From assembly GCA_965199825.1 (NCBI GenBank), contig OZ241329.1, positions 288,001-352,000 of the forward strand: a stretch of DNA of 64,000 bases, read 5' to 3'. The notes below the pieces were generated by a model. It had not been told where the DNA came from, did not search any database, and saw only the letters and a list, made by a program, of their open reading frames with translations. Source of the DNA: Bdellovibrionales bacterium (GTDB lineage: Bacteria > Bdellovibrionota > Bdellovibrionia > Bdellovibrionales > UBA1609). Made by a program: the position numbers and the translations under genes. This document shows, piece by piece, positions 41,598 through 52,128 of the stretch. Positions within the stretch are counted from its first letter, which is position 1. The number at the start of each line of letters is the position of its first letter.

Positions 41598-42297
41598 GTG
41601 AATGATATTTCACCTGTTGATGGTGTAATTGTAGTCGATGACTGTTGTGCTGAAAATTCAGGCGATCTTGTTCAGACCTCAATTACTGATGCAAAGGCAA
41701 CAGTCATCAAGAACGAATTTAACCAAAGCGTGGGTGGCAGTGTCTTAAATAAATTTAGTTATGCCATCAAACAAGGGGTGGAAATTCTTTTGAAAATCGA
41801 TGGCGATGGTCAAATGGATGTGCGCTTAGGTATTGGATTTTGATGGATCCAACAAATGGATATCTTGCAATTGAGAGTTCAACTTTCAAGCAGCTCCCCA
41901 TAAGTAAAACAGCGCGCCGGTATTTTTTTTGGAAGTGATATTTTATTACAACTAAATTTTTTGAGTGCATGAGTGGTTCAAACCTCATGCAGGCGCTCTG
42001 CGCCAATGAGAAGAGTTCCCTTTCTCTAAAGAATATTAAAAATTTCTTTAAACGAATGGTTTTTCCTATTTTGTTCTCGATTTTAATACGGGGTCTATTG
42101 CTTTATTGTGTAGCTTATTTATGTTTGGTCTGGGGCTGAGTATTAGGCTCTACTATTGGATTCCCTCTATATTGAATGGACATCTCGCCACCAGTGGCCA
42201 AGTGAAGATGGCCGCATTGCCAACATTATTGGCATTCCAGAGCCTTTTTTTCTTTTTCCCAATTGCTATTGCTAGTTCGCAAAGGCAAATGAGCTAA
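41598..42297 (+). pseudogene. Degraded GT2 glycosyltransferase (body and C-terminal TM region)
   Basis: Fragments in shifting frames: VVDDCC..NSG, NQSVGG, KIDGDGQMD / YWILMDPTNGY..RYFF.SD / SGQVKMAALP. Confidence 0.8.
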
Positions 42298-42369
42298 AAA
42301 AATTAACACTATCCATATTGATTCTAATTCATCGCTTACGCTAAGGTCGTCACTCTTCTGGAGTCTTAT

Positions 42370-43770
42370 TTGCTATTTGCATCGATGATTTTTATTTTTT
42401 GTTTTTTGCCGCTGACTCTCGCACTCTATTTTTTTCGCCCTTCCATCAACTACCGTAATTCTGTTTTATTAGTCACGAGTGTCTTGTTTTATATTTGGGG
42501 CGAACTGTGGAACGTTTGGATTATTTCCCTCACCGTTTTTGTGAGCTACATTTTTGCGCTCTCTCTTTCAAAAGAAGATCATCATCCGCGGCGACAAATC
42601 AAACTGAGCATGGGCATTGGTCTTATTCTCATAATTCTTATTTACTTCAAATATGCTGGATTTTTGATCGATTTGGTCAATCACATATTACCGCTCAACT
42701 TTTCAATTCCTGTCGTAGTGACAACAATCCCTCTAGGAATTTCATTTTTTTCCTTTCATGCAATTTCATACCTTATTGATGTTTTTCACAATCGAGTACG
42801 GGCAGAAAAACGACCCCATGTCGTGGCTCTCTATTTTTTTCTGTTCCCCCATCAGATTGCCGGTCCCATCGTTCGCTATCAACTTTTCGCAAGCCAAGTC
42901 TTTCAGCGCTCACAGACTCTGGAAGATTTCGCTCAAGGGATTGAGCGCTTTATTATTGGTTTGGCAAAGAAAGTTTTGATCGCCAATTCGGTTGCAAGCA
43001 CAGCCGATGTGGTGTTTGGACTACCCACACATCATCTGAGCACAGCTCTCGCATGGTATGGAATTCTCAGTTACGCACTACAAATTTATTTTGATTTCTC
43101 AGGATACTCAGACATGGCCATAGGACTTGCGCGCGTATTTGGAATTCATTTTCATGAGAACTTTAATTACCCTTATCGATCTTTAAGTGTGACCGAATTT
43201 TGGCGACGCTGGCATATTTCGCTTTCAAGTTGGTTTAGGGATTACCTTTACATCCCTTTAGGTGGAAACCGGCATTCTCCTTTAAGAACTTATTTGAATC
43301 TTCTTGTGGTCTTTTTCTTTTGTGGTCTATGGCACGGGGCGAGTGCGACTTTTATTGTTTGGGGAATTTGGCACGGCCTATTTTTAGTTTTCGAACGTTT
43401 AGGGATTTCAAAAATCCTTAAAAAAATAAAAATCCTCGGCTTCTTTTGGACTCTGCTTGTTGTTTTGTGTGGTTGGGTCTTTTTTAGAGCTGACAGTTTG
43501 AGTTCTAGTTTTGCTTTTCTCAAAACCATGTTCGACGGCTGCGTTGGCGGAGAGGAGGCCCATTACCAGTTGGCCTTATTGTTCTCCAATCAAGTGGCAA
43601 ATCTTGGATTTTTAAGCGGTCTCATTTTTTCTAGCGGTCATGTCGCTCAATGGATCAGACGGCCCAGATCCTCTTACATCTACAATTGTAGTCTATTACT
43701 TCTTTTTATTTTAACTTTAAGTCGTCTTGCTGATGGTACATTTAACCCATTCATTTATTTTAGATTTTGA
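42370..43770 (+). CDS. MBOAT O-acyltransferase (AlgI/PatA-like)
   Basis: PLGISFFSF, IAGPIVRY, DFSGYSDMAIG, FWRRWHISLS, GLWHGA and FIYFRF motifs. Confidence 0.93.
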   Translation: MLFASMIFIFCFLPLTLALYFFRPSINYRNSVLLVTSVLFYIWGELWNVWIISLTVFVSYIFALSLSKEDHHPRRQIKLSMGIGLILIILIYFKYAGFLIDLVNHILPLNFSIPVVVTTIPLGISFFSFHAISYLIDVFHNRVRAEKRPHVVALYFFLFPHQIAGPIVRYQLFASQVFQRSQTLEDFAQGIERFIIGLAKKVLIANSVASTADVVFGLPTHHLSTALAWYGILSYALQIYFDFSGYSDMAIGLARVFGIHFHENFNYPYRSLSVTEFWRRWHISLSSWFRDYLYIPLGGNRHSPLRTYLNLLVVFFFCGLWHGASATFIVWGIWHGLFLVFERLGISKILKKIKILGFFWTLLVVLCGWVFFRADSLSSSFAFLKTMFDGCVGGEEAHYQLALLFSNQVANLGFLSGLIFSSGHVAQWIRRPRSSYIYNCSLLLLFILTLSRLADGTFNPFIYFRF

Positions 43771-44888
43771 TGAAAAACTCTGCTTGTTTTATTTTTGTAA
43801 TTGGTTTTTTGATCTGCATCGGTGTGCCCCCTGTGGTTATGGGGTTTAAGTGGGGACAGCCAATAAATCTCGAAGAAAATCGGACTGCAGCACCACTTCC
43901 GCAGTGGCCCAGACACTTGCAAGAAATCAAAAATTTTTGCACTCAATCTGAAAATTACATTAATGATCATTTTGGTTTTCGTTCTTATTTAGTAAAAATG
44001 AGCAGAGCTTTTATTTTATCTGTGCTTAAAACATCGACCAGCAGTTCGGTAATGATTGGCCAAGAGGGTTGGCTTTTTTTTCGCGGTGATAAAAGTATTG
44101 AATCCTATAGAAACATCGAACCCCTCGATTCGAAAAAAATTGAAGCGTGGAAAACTTTTTTTAATAATTTTAAAGAGCGTGCAGCAGGTCTTGGTATGCA
44201 CTTAGTGATTCTAATTCCGCCTGCTTCAACAACTATTTATCCTCAATATCTTCCTTCTTATGTGAATAAAATTGGCAAAACTTCAGCGCTCCAGACAATC
44301 CATCAAATCTTAAAAGATCTCGATCTCCGATTTGCTGATCCAGCACCTTTGCTCATCGAGCAATCAAAACATCAGCCCGTATTTTTTAAAAGTGATACCC
44401 ACTGGAATTCTCTCGGTGCTTACTTTGGCTACACTGCACTTCTACACAAAATTCAAGAAGCTTATCCCGACCTCACCATTCTTCCATTTAGTTCTTATGA
44501 GCTTACCGATGGTCCCCTCACAAATTGTAATGTAGGAAATTGTGATCTTGCAGTGATGTTGGGTTGGCCGGCACATTACGCACAACAGTTAATTGAGCTC
44601 AAATCTCGCAGAAAATCCTATGCAAAATTGAATAAAGCTGAGGGAGCATTTCAGGGCTCAATCCTTGAATACACCAACGACAAAAGTGCCCCTTATAAAT
44701 TATTGGCCTATCGAGATTCATTTTTTACTCATCTCATCCCATTTGTGAGCGAGCAATTTTCTGAATCTATTTATATCTGGCGCCGTGATATCTCTTGGAA
44801 ACTGATTGCCGAATACAAACCAAATATTATCGTTTTTGAAATTGCCGAGCGTTTTTTGGCCTTTGATCCCCCTCAACATTTGGACTGA
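43767..44888 (+). CDS. AlgJ/AlgX-like SGNH O-acetyltransferase
   Basis: ENR, D.FGFR, G.EGWLF, DTHWN, RDSF and AER motifs. Confidence 0.88.
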   Translation: MMKNSACFIFVIGFLICIGVPPVVMGFKWGQPINLEENRTAAPLPQWPRHLQEIKNFCTQSENYINDHFGFRSYLVKMSRAFILSVLKTSTSSSVMIGQEGWLFFRGDKSIESYRNIEPLDSKKIEAWKTFFNNFKERAAGLGMHLVILIPPASTTIYPQYLPSYVNKIGKTSALQTIHQILKDLDLRFADPAPLLIEQSKHQPVFFKSDTHWNSLGAYFGYTALLHKIQEAYPDLTILPFSSYELTDGPLTNCNVGNCDLAVMLGWPAHYAQQLIELKSRRKSYAKLNKAEGAFQGSILEYTNDKSAPYKLLAYRDSFFTHLIPFVSEQFSESIYIWRRDISWKLIAEYKPNIIVFEIAERFLAFDPPQHLD

Positions 44889-44896
44889 GACATAAA

Positions 44897-45509
44897 TGTA
44901 TAAAACCATTTTTGCATTCTTTTCGTAATTATCGGCCTTCTTTATTTTGTGCTCACCTACCCTGGTCATTTGTCTTTGATTCCGTGATGAATATCATTGA
45001 AGATCTTGGTGGAAAATATATTTCCTTCCATCCGTCCTTTGTTAGTTTTTTATTCGGAAAGCTCTACGGGCTAGTACGAAATCAAGCGATCATTCTCGCA
45101 CTCCATATTGCACTTTTGATTTATGGCGTGAATTCCATTTTTGCTCAGAAATCAAAATTGACTCTGTGTACCTCGCTCATCGTTTTGATTTTCCAGTTGG
45201 ATTTTGGGATTTTACGATACACCGCAGTGCTTGCTGGCTGTGGTCGTTTACAACATTGATTTAGAAAATTCTATTGCTAAAAACCAAACGCAATCGGGGT
45301 TTACAGATTCCCTGCGCACTTACGGGAACTGGGGAATCATATATGGCTTTTTCCAACCCTATTTCTATTTGATTTTATGCCTTCTTGGCGCAATCCTCAT
45401 TTTGTATTTAGGCATTTTAAAATACTGGTATTTTCCATGCTTGGCTTCAACGGTCTGCTTTATTTATGCCGCAGGCGAACTCGAAACTTATTTAAAAGCA
45501 AATCGGTAG
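44897..45509 (+). pseudogene. Fragmented membrane protein
   Basis: Two short overlapping hydrophobic ORFs (44912-45259 and 45204-45509) in different frames. Confidence 0.35.
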
Positions 45510-46447
45510 CCAAGCTCAATATCTTCGGCGGCAAGATCCCAGGTGCAATGAGACCGGATCAGTTCTTGGCCTTCTAAATTTTTTGTTTTTTTTAAAGCTG
45601 CGCTTAAACCTTTTTCGATTGAAGCCTGATCGAGTGGATCCACATAGGTCGCTGACTTACCAAAATATTCTTCGGTGGGCCCCTCTTGTGTGATTAAGAG
45701 AGGTGCCCCTTGGGATACCGCCTCAAGGGCAGCAATGCCCGGAGTTTCGCACAAACTAGGAAGCGCAAAAACCAAACAAGATTGATAGGCCGACTTTAAG
45801 ACCTCAATGTCATTGATCGGACCCAACCAAAAAAAATTATCCATTTTTTGTAAGGATCTAAAATAATCTTTATCGCGAATCTGACCTATCGCCACGACCG
45901 CAACACCCATGTTTTTTGCCGCTAATAAAAGTCGATGGGTATTTTTCCTCTGGTCAATATTGGCCACCGACAGCACAAACTCATCCGGCACCGAATAAAA
46001 ATGTCTAAATCGATCTCCACCATCTCCATCAGTTGAGTACTCGCCGCCAATAGCATTGCGCACTTTAAAGAATTTTTGAGGAGGCAACTCAAACCAATCA
46101 GCAATTTTTTTATTCTCGGCAAGAGAATTGGTTAAAACCACATCGGCCTTTAATAAAAGATCGCGATAGTAGTGAAAATTAAAAATATCTTTCGGTGGCA
46201 TTGTCCACATAATTGGAGCAAGAGCAATTTTTGCTCCACGTTCGCGGTAGCTATTCAAGACATGATGGGTCCCCACCTCAACCGAAAATTGATGGTAAAG
46301 GTCCACTTCTCGCTGTGGACTCCAAACATCAAACAGATTCACTTTATGCCCTCTTTTTTCTAGTGCCTTCTTTGATTGCTCGAGTTGGACTTCGCCCCCA
46401 CCCCGAGTAAAATAGGCTCCGGGCCAGGTATTAAAGACCAATTTCAT
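45488..46447 (-). CDS. GT4 glycosyltransferase
   Basis: GGGEVQ, RKN and ETPGIAALEA motifs. Confidence 0.88.
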   Translation of the reverse strand: MKLVFNTWPGAYFTRGGGEVQLEQSKKALEKRGHKVNLFDVWSPQREVDLYHQFSVEVGTHHVLNSYRERGAKIALAPIMWTMPPKDIFNFHYYRDLLLKADVVLTNSLAENKKIADWFELPPQKFFKVRNAIGGEYSTDGDGGDRFRHFYSVPDEFVLSVANIDQRKNTHRLLLAAKNMGVAVVAIGQIRDKDYFRSLQKMDNFFWLGPINDIEVLKSAYQSCLVFALPSLCETPGIAALEAVSQGAPLLITQEGPTEEYFGKSATYVDPLDQASIEKGLSAALKKTKNLEGQELIRSHCTWDLAAEDIELGYRFAFK

Positions 46448-47744
46448 TTTGAATTTCGGACTTATTAACCACGTGGCGAAATTTACTTCTCCATCCCACC
46501 GTTTTAAATTGATCAAAATTGACAATTTCTACAGCTAGCCCTTTTGGAAATCGCTTAAGAACCTCATTCCGAATCCGCTGATGATCGGAGGGATATTCGG
46601 CTGCAATATTGAGTAGCGGTAGTTTTGAATCTTGAATGACGATTTGAAATTCACGAACGCCCTGCACCCGGTGATCAAGAAAATCCATAATGTAGTGAGT
46701 GGCAAAAACATCTTGATCTATTTTGACCAAATCATGAATACGGCCGCGAAGATCAGAAATAAAAGTGCCATCCTCTCGATTGTTTACCGTAGCCACATCG
46801 CCCGTATCATAGCGGACAAGTGGAAAACCAAAGTTGGTAAAATTGGTCACGATCAAATTTTGAGCCTGGCCTTCTTCAGCATAAAACGCTCGATCAAAAA
46901 CTTTTAATTTTTTGTAATCATCTTTTTCGCTATGAGCGACCACACCAAATTCTGCATTTCCGTAACGGTTGACCACTCGACATTGAAACGCCTTTTTGAT
47001 CTTAATCACCATCTTATCATTTAAGGCTTCACCCGAGGGTTCAAACACCGCACAAAGGGGAATGATTTTGAGATGTTTGCGATCAATATAATTGGCCATC
47101 GCGTAGGCCGATGAAGGGTGACCTTGTAGCAAATAAGGAGGATTTTTTTTTAGCTCACTCACCAAAAGCGAAAGCTGTTGATCACTAAACGAATCAATCA
47201 TGAGTCGCTTTCGGTTGTGGGCGGCCTGAATCACAGCATCTTTGACCTTGGACTTTAGCGTTGTGGGATGGAGTTGAAGTTCTGCTGCGATATGACATTG
47301 CGACTGATATAATTTTTTGCCCGCCATCTCATACGCTCTCAAATTGATTGCTGCGGTCCAATCAAGTCCTTGGGCATCGTAGTAAAACATCACCGAGGTG
47401 CCAGTAGAGCCGCCGGTTTTTCGGAGTACCGATGCCATGGGTGAGCGCAACTGAATTGTATGATCTCGAACCTTATCCTTGGTCAAAAGAGGAAGGTCTT
47501 GAACGTAGCGAATATCTTTCTTAATTTTTTCGAGATCAAGACGGATGGTCTCTCGGTAATAGGGCACATTGGTTTTGCAATAAACCAAAAACTGATACAG
47601 TTGGTTTTTTTGAATTTGAAGTTGTTCGCTGCGAGTGACACTTTCAAAACGATGCAATTCTTTAAGCTTTGATTTCACATTTCGCCCCGAAAATCTTTCG
47701 AGTAAGGGCAGCAAAATGTAAGCATTAAAATGTCCTAAATGCAT
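46431..47744 (-). CDS. CapK-like / phenylacetate-CoA ligase family enzyme (paralog of 27217-28530)
   Basis: NVPYY, TGGSTG, RYGNAEFG, VRYDTGD and GWRSKFR motifs. Confidence 0.85.
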   Translation of the reverse strand: MHLGHFNAYILLPLLERFSGRNVKSKLKELHRFESVTRSEQLQIQKNQLYQFLVYCKTNVPYYRETIRLDLEKIKKDIRYVQDLPLLTKDKVRDHTIQLRSPMASVLRKTGGSTGTSVMFYYDAQGLDWTAAINLRAYEMAGKKLYQSQCHIAAELQLHPTTLKSKVKDAVIQAAHNRKRLMIDSFSDQQLSLLVSELKKNPPYLLQGHPSSAYAMANYIDRKHLKIIPLCAVFEPSGEALNDKMVIKIKKAFQCRVVNRYGNAEFGVVAHSEKDDYKKLKVFDRAFYAEEGQAQNLIVTNFTNFGFPLVRYDTGDVATVNNREDGTFISDLRGRIHDLVKIDQDVFATHYIMDFLDHRVQGVREFQIVIQDSKLPLLNIAAEYPSDHQRIRNEVLKRFPKGLAVEIVNFDQFKTVGWRSKFRHVVNKSEIQNEIGL

Positions 47745-47823
47745 AAGCAGAAGTTTTGCGTGCTGCTCACAAAATTGCAATTCTTAAATGATTCTTATTC
47801 AGTCGCGAGGTAGGCTCTCAACC

Positions 47824-48816
47824 ATGAATATCTTGGTGACAGGCGGAGCGGGTTATATTGGTGCAATCACCTGTCGTCAGCTGATCGAGCAAGGCCACGA
47901 TGTTGCGGTTTTTGATCAATCGCACCTCCGGCCAAATTTAAATTTTATAAAACAATTTGTGTGTGGAGATGTGAGAGACACCGATCTGTTAAGACAAACG
48001 GTTCAAAAATATAAGATCAACACAGTTATCCATTTTGCCGCAAAAATTAATGTGGCTGAATCGATGCTAAAGCCTCTCGAGTATTATTCAAATAATGTGG
48101 GAGGTCTCTTAAGTGTGCTTCAGATTTGTACTGAGTTTAAAATTACCAAATTCATTTTTTCTTCAACCGCTACGGTTTATAAGGGTCAAAGTCTTGATCC
48201 GCTTAAAGAAACAGACGCGCTCGCACCCATCAGTCCTTATGGTTGGTCAAAACAAATGGGCGAAACAATTCTGCTCGACTTCAAGTCGTCGTGGCCACAA
48301 TTTCAACCATTAATTTTGCGCTATTTTAATGTGGCGGGTGCAACTTTAGATAATCAATTGGGCCAACCCGATCAGATGGCGCCTCATCTGATCGCGACCG
48401 CATGCCGTTCGGTTGCTCAGGGCTCTTTGAAGTTAAAAGTTTTTGGTACCGATTATCCAACGCCCGATGGAACCTGCATTCGTGACTACATTCATGTAGA
48501 AGATTTGGCATCGGCACATGTTGATGCTGTAAAGGCGGTAAACTTAAATCATCCCGGAGGAATTTTTAATTGTGGCTACGGTAAAGGGGCAAGTGTCACC
48601 GAGGTGATCGAAGCGGTGCAAAAAGTTGCGGCAAAAAATTTATCGCTACAATATTGTGATCGTCGTGAGGGTGATCCCGCGATTTTGATCGCCGACAACA
48701 ACAAGTTGCGCCAAGAGTTCGGTTGGTTTCCTCAGCATGACTCTTTAGAGGTCATCTGCAAAACCGCTCTTGCATGGGAACAAAAACGCATTCTAGAATT
48801 GGGCTTGAGAGTATGA
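47824..48816 (+). CDS. galE: UDP-glucose 4-epimerase
   Basis: GGAGYIG, YGWSK, LRYFNVAGA and TPDGTCIRDYIHV motifs. Confidence 0.93.
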   Translation: MNILVTGGAGYIGAITCRQLIEQGHDVAVFDQSHLRPNLNFIKQFVCGDVRDTDLLRQTVQKYKINTVIHFAAKINVAESMLKPLEYYSNNVGGLLSVLQICTEFKITKFIFSSTATVYKGQSLDPLKETDALAPISPYGWSKQMGETILLDFKSSWPQFQPLILRYFNVAGATLDNQLGQPDQMAPHLIATACRSVAQGSLKLKVFGTDYPTPDGTCIRDYIHVEDLASAHVDAVKAVNLNHPGGIFNCGYGKGASVTEVIEAVQKVAAKNLSLQYCDRREGDPAILIADNNKLRQEFGWFPQHDSLEVICKTALAWEQKRILELGLRV

Positions 48817-50672
48817 CTGATCTTCGCCAAATTTTAATAAACAACACAACACCTCTCATCGCAGACGGCGGCATGTCCACATCGCTTTATGATCGTGGAT
48901 TTTATATCAATCGCAGTTTTGAAGAGCTCTGTCTCACAAGCCCCCAAACAGTCATTGAGGTCACATCCGAATTTAAAAAAGCGGGCGCAAATCTTTTGCT
49001 CACCAATACATTTAGTGCAACCCTTCCAAAGCTCACCCGTTACGGATTACAAGATCAGCATCAAAAAATAATCCAAGCCGCATGTGAAATTGCAAAACAA
49101 GTGGGCGCCAAGGAATGCTTCGTTTTGGCAAACATGGGCCCATTAGGGATCGTGCTCGAACCTCTCGGCCCGACGAGTTTTGAAGAAGCTGTTGATCACT
49201 TCAAAATAACTGCCGAAATCTTTGAGCACTCTCAAATAAATGGATTTAATTTAGAAGGTTTTCATGATTTAACGGAGCTCGAAGCGGCTGTTCAAGCGGT
49301 GCGTTCGATTTCACAAAAGCCTTTGTTTGTTCACGTAGCTATAAAAGAAAATTTGCGCACCTCTTATGGTCATTCACTGCAAGAGTTTGCCGAACGATTT
49401 AAAAAATACGAAATCGATGTCTATGGAATTTCAGGCGACATTGGACCGAGTGGAATGTTGAGCGCACTCGAAGTTCTAAGACCACTTGTTGAAAAACCAA
49501 TTTCTCTCAAGCCCAATGCGGGCCTTCCCCAATATGTGAATGATCAATACATTTACCTTTGTAATCCCGACTACATCGCAAAATATGCCAAGCGATTTAT
49601 TCAAGCTGGGGCACGCATTGTCGGCGGCGGCTCGGGGGTGTCTGAGTCTCATATCAAAGCGATCAGCAATACCCTTCGCATGCTCGAGCCGCAGTCTCGG
49701 ACGGAAGTAAAAAAAATTGAGATTAACCAAAAACCAACACATAAAACGTTAACCACCAAAATTGAAAATCGATCTAAGCTCGGATCTTATTTTAAAGAGA
49801 AAAAACCGATTTATTCAGTCGAGATCAATCCTCCCAATGGAGTGCGGCTCGACAAATTTTCTGAACATTGTAAGGCACTGGTCCGTGGCGGCGTTGAGTT
49901 CGTCAATATCCCCGATGGGGCAAGAGCAATGGCTCGGATGAGTTCCCTTCAACTGGCAATTTTTGTTAAAAATAATTTTGGTTTAGAACCAATTCCCCAT
50001 TTTACCTGCCGCGATCGCAATTTGATTGGTTTACAGTCTGATCTGTTGGGTTGTTTTGTAAATGGTGTACGAAATGTTTTACTTGTGACCGGCGATCCAC
50101 CAAAATTGGGCAACTGTCCCGATGCCACAGCGGTCTATGATGTCGATGCGATCGGACTCACCCACATCGTTTCACGAATGAATAAGGGACTTGATCTTGG
50201 TGGATCCGATTTTGGTGAGCCCACCCAATTTATGGCAGGGGTCGCATTAAATCCAACAGCTCACAACCAAGAATTAGAAATTAAAAGATTTAAATATAAA
50301 GTCGAAGCGGGTGCAGACTACGCGATCACCCAACCGATTTACGATCTTGAAGCTTATAAAAGATTTCTTGATCGCCTTGGCCCAATTTCAATTCCGATTG
50401 TTATGGGAATTTGGCCATTGGTCAGTTTGCGCAATGCTGAGTTTTTAAAAAACGAAGTCCCCGGAGTGGAAGTGCCCAACTGGGTGATTACAGAAATGGA
50501 AAAAGCAGGAGAATCAAAAGAAGAAGCTCTAAAGCGAGGAATTGAAATTTCGATTGAAACCATCAACGCTGCAAAAGATTTGGTCGATGGCTTTCAAGTC
50601 AGTGCGCCTTTTAATAAAGTCGAAATCGCACTTCAAGTGATTCACTCGGTGTCCAATGCCATTTCGACTTAA
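48813..50672 (+). CDS. YitJ-like fusion of a homocysteine S-methyltransferase-like domain and methylenetetrahydrofolate reductase
   Basis: DGGM, TNTF and PNAGLP in the N-domain; HFTCRDRNLIGLQS, VTGDPP and ITQP in the MTHFR domain. Confidence 0.9.
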   Translation: MTDLRQILINNTTPLIADGGMSTSLYDRGFYINRSFEELCLTSPQTVIEVTSEFKKAGANLLLTNTFSATLPKLTRYGLQDQHQKIIQAACEIAKQVGAKECFVLANMGPLGIVLEPLGPTSFEEAVDHFKITAEIFEHSQINGFNLEGFHDLTELEAAVQAVRSISQKPLFVHVAIKENLRTSYGHSLQEFAERFKKYEIDVYGISGDIGPSGMLSALEVLRPLVEKPISLKPNAGLPQYVNDQYIYLCNPDYIAKYAKRFIQAGARIVGGGSGVSESHIKAISNTLRMLEPQSRTEVKKIEINQKPTHKTLTTKIENRSKLGSYFKEKKPIYSVEINPPNGVRLDKFSEHCKALVRGGVEFVNIPDGARAMARMSSLQLAIFVKNNFGLEPIPHFTCRDRNLIGLQSDLLGCFVNGVRNVLLVTGDPPKLGNCPDATAVYDVDAIGLTHIVSRMNKGLDLGGSDFGEPTQFMAGVALNPTAHNQELEIKRFKYKVEAGADYAITQPIYDLEAYKRFLDRLGPISIPIVMGIWPLVSLRNAEFLKNEVPGVEVPNWVITEMEKAGESKEEALKRGIEISIETINAAKDLVDGFQVSAPFNKVEIALQVIHSVSNAIST

Positions 50673-52128
50673 GGCACAACATGGCCAACTCAATTATGAC
50701 TTGACCGTAAGTCTCGCTGGACCAACCTTGCTTGAGCATTTGCAAAATGCCGAAGTCCCAATCAAATCAAGTTGTTTAGGTAAGGGATTATGCCGGCAGT
50801 GTCGGGTGCAAATTTTAAAAGGAATTGCACCTGTAACCGCAAACGATAAAAAAGCCTTTAGCGACTCTCAACTCAAAAATGGTTGGCGTTTGAGTTGCGG
50901 GATCAGGCCCCGCTCGGCAATGGAATTTCAGTTTCCCCAAATATTTATCTATCAAGAGGACATTAAAAAATCTCGCGAGCCTCATAAGCCTTGGTGGTTT
51001 TGCTGTGATCTTGGTACAACTGGTGTGGAGCTTGCGGGAGTCGACCATCAAGGCATTTGGTGTACCTTAAAGGGATTAAATTCTCAGGTCAGCATGGGGG
51101 CTGATGTGATGACTCGCCTCGAATACACTCAGCGAAATGGAGTCGAGCCATTAACCAGACGGATTCGTTCGCAGCTCACTCATTACACAAAAAAAATATC
51201 TCAGCAGACGTCGATAGAGGCTCAAAAAAAGATGTTTGTTGCGGGCAATTCGGCAGTGACCGCATTTCTAGCTCAGCAACCTGTGGATCAACTTGCGGTT
51301 TCTCCCTACAAACCCAATTCGCTCGAATCTCAAACGTTTTCATTCAATGATTTTGCCATCGAAACATTACCCCTGCTCTATAGTTTTGTGGGTGGGGATC
51401 TCTTTGCCGGTTTATTTTTGATTTGGCAGCGCCCCGAAATATTGGCCGAGCCATGGATTTTGGTAGATGTTGGTACCAACTCCGAAATTTTATTTTGGGA
51501 CAAACAAAAACTATTTGTATCTAGTACTCCTGCAGGTCCTGCATTCGAGGGATCAAGTATTAGCATCGGTATGCGAGCCGAAAACGGCGCAGTGGTGAAT
51601 CCGATTTTTACCACAGACCATTGGCAATTTGATATTTTAGGAAATGATTTAGCTCGTGGACTTTGTGGTACGGGACTTATCCAAATGATTTCGGAGGCGG
51701 TCGACAATGGGATCGTCTCACACGACGGCGAGGTTTTAAAACCGCAACAGCTTTCACTGAATTCAGAACTCTTTTTATCCCAAGATGATATTCGCGAATT
51801 TCAACTCGCCAAATCGGCAATTCAAACCGGCATTGAGCTGGTACAAAGTCAAAGTATCACAAAAGCTAAAAAACTTTTTTTGGCTGGTTCATTTGGTGAG
51901 CACTTGCCTCTAAAGGCGTGCCGTCATCTTCAACTTTTACCTGAGCTTGAATGCGAAACTTTAGGAAACGCGAGCCTTGATGGCACCGTGCTGTGGAGTC
52001 AAAGTTCCTCACAACTCAAAACTCAATATCAAACTTGGCTAGCCCAAGTATTAACTCCCCTTGATCTTGCCTTGTCCGATCAGTTTCAAGAACGATTTGT
52101 AAACAATATGAATTTAGGAGCAACATGA
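50656..52128 (+). CDS. ASKHA-type ATP-dependent corrinoid reductive activator (RamA/RACo-like) with a 2Fe-2S domain
   Basis: SCLGKGLCRQC..RLSC, DLGTT, GADVMTR, DVGTNSEI, PAGPAFEG and DIREFQLAKSAI motifs. Confidence 0.9.
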   Translation: MPFRLKAQHGQLNYDLTVSLAGPTLLEHLQNAEVPIKSSCLGKGLCRQCRVQILKGIAPVTANDKKAFSDSQLKNGWRLSCGIRPRSAMEFQFPQIFIYQEDIKKSREPHKPWWFCCDLGTTGVELAGVDHQGIWCTLKGLNSQVSMGADVMTRLEYTQRNGVEPLTRRIRSQLTHYTKKISQQTSIEAQKKMFVAGNSAVTAFLAQQPVDQLAVSPYKPNSLESQTFSFNDFAIETLPLLYSFVGGDLFAGLFLIWQRPEILAEPWILVDVGTNSEILFWDKQKLFVSSTPAGPAFEGSSISIGMRAENGAVVNPIFTTDHWQFDILGNDLARGLCGTGLIQMISEAVDNGIVSHDGEVLKPQQLSLNSELFLSQDDIREFQLAKSAIQTGIELVQSQSITKAKKLFLAGSFGEHLPLKACRHLQLLPELECETLGNASLDGTVLWSQSSSQLKTQYQTWLAQVLTPLDLALSDQFQERFVNNMNLGAT

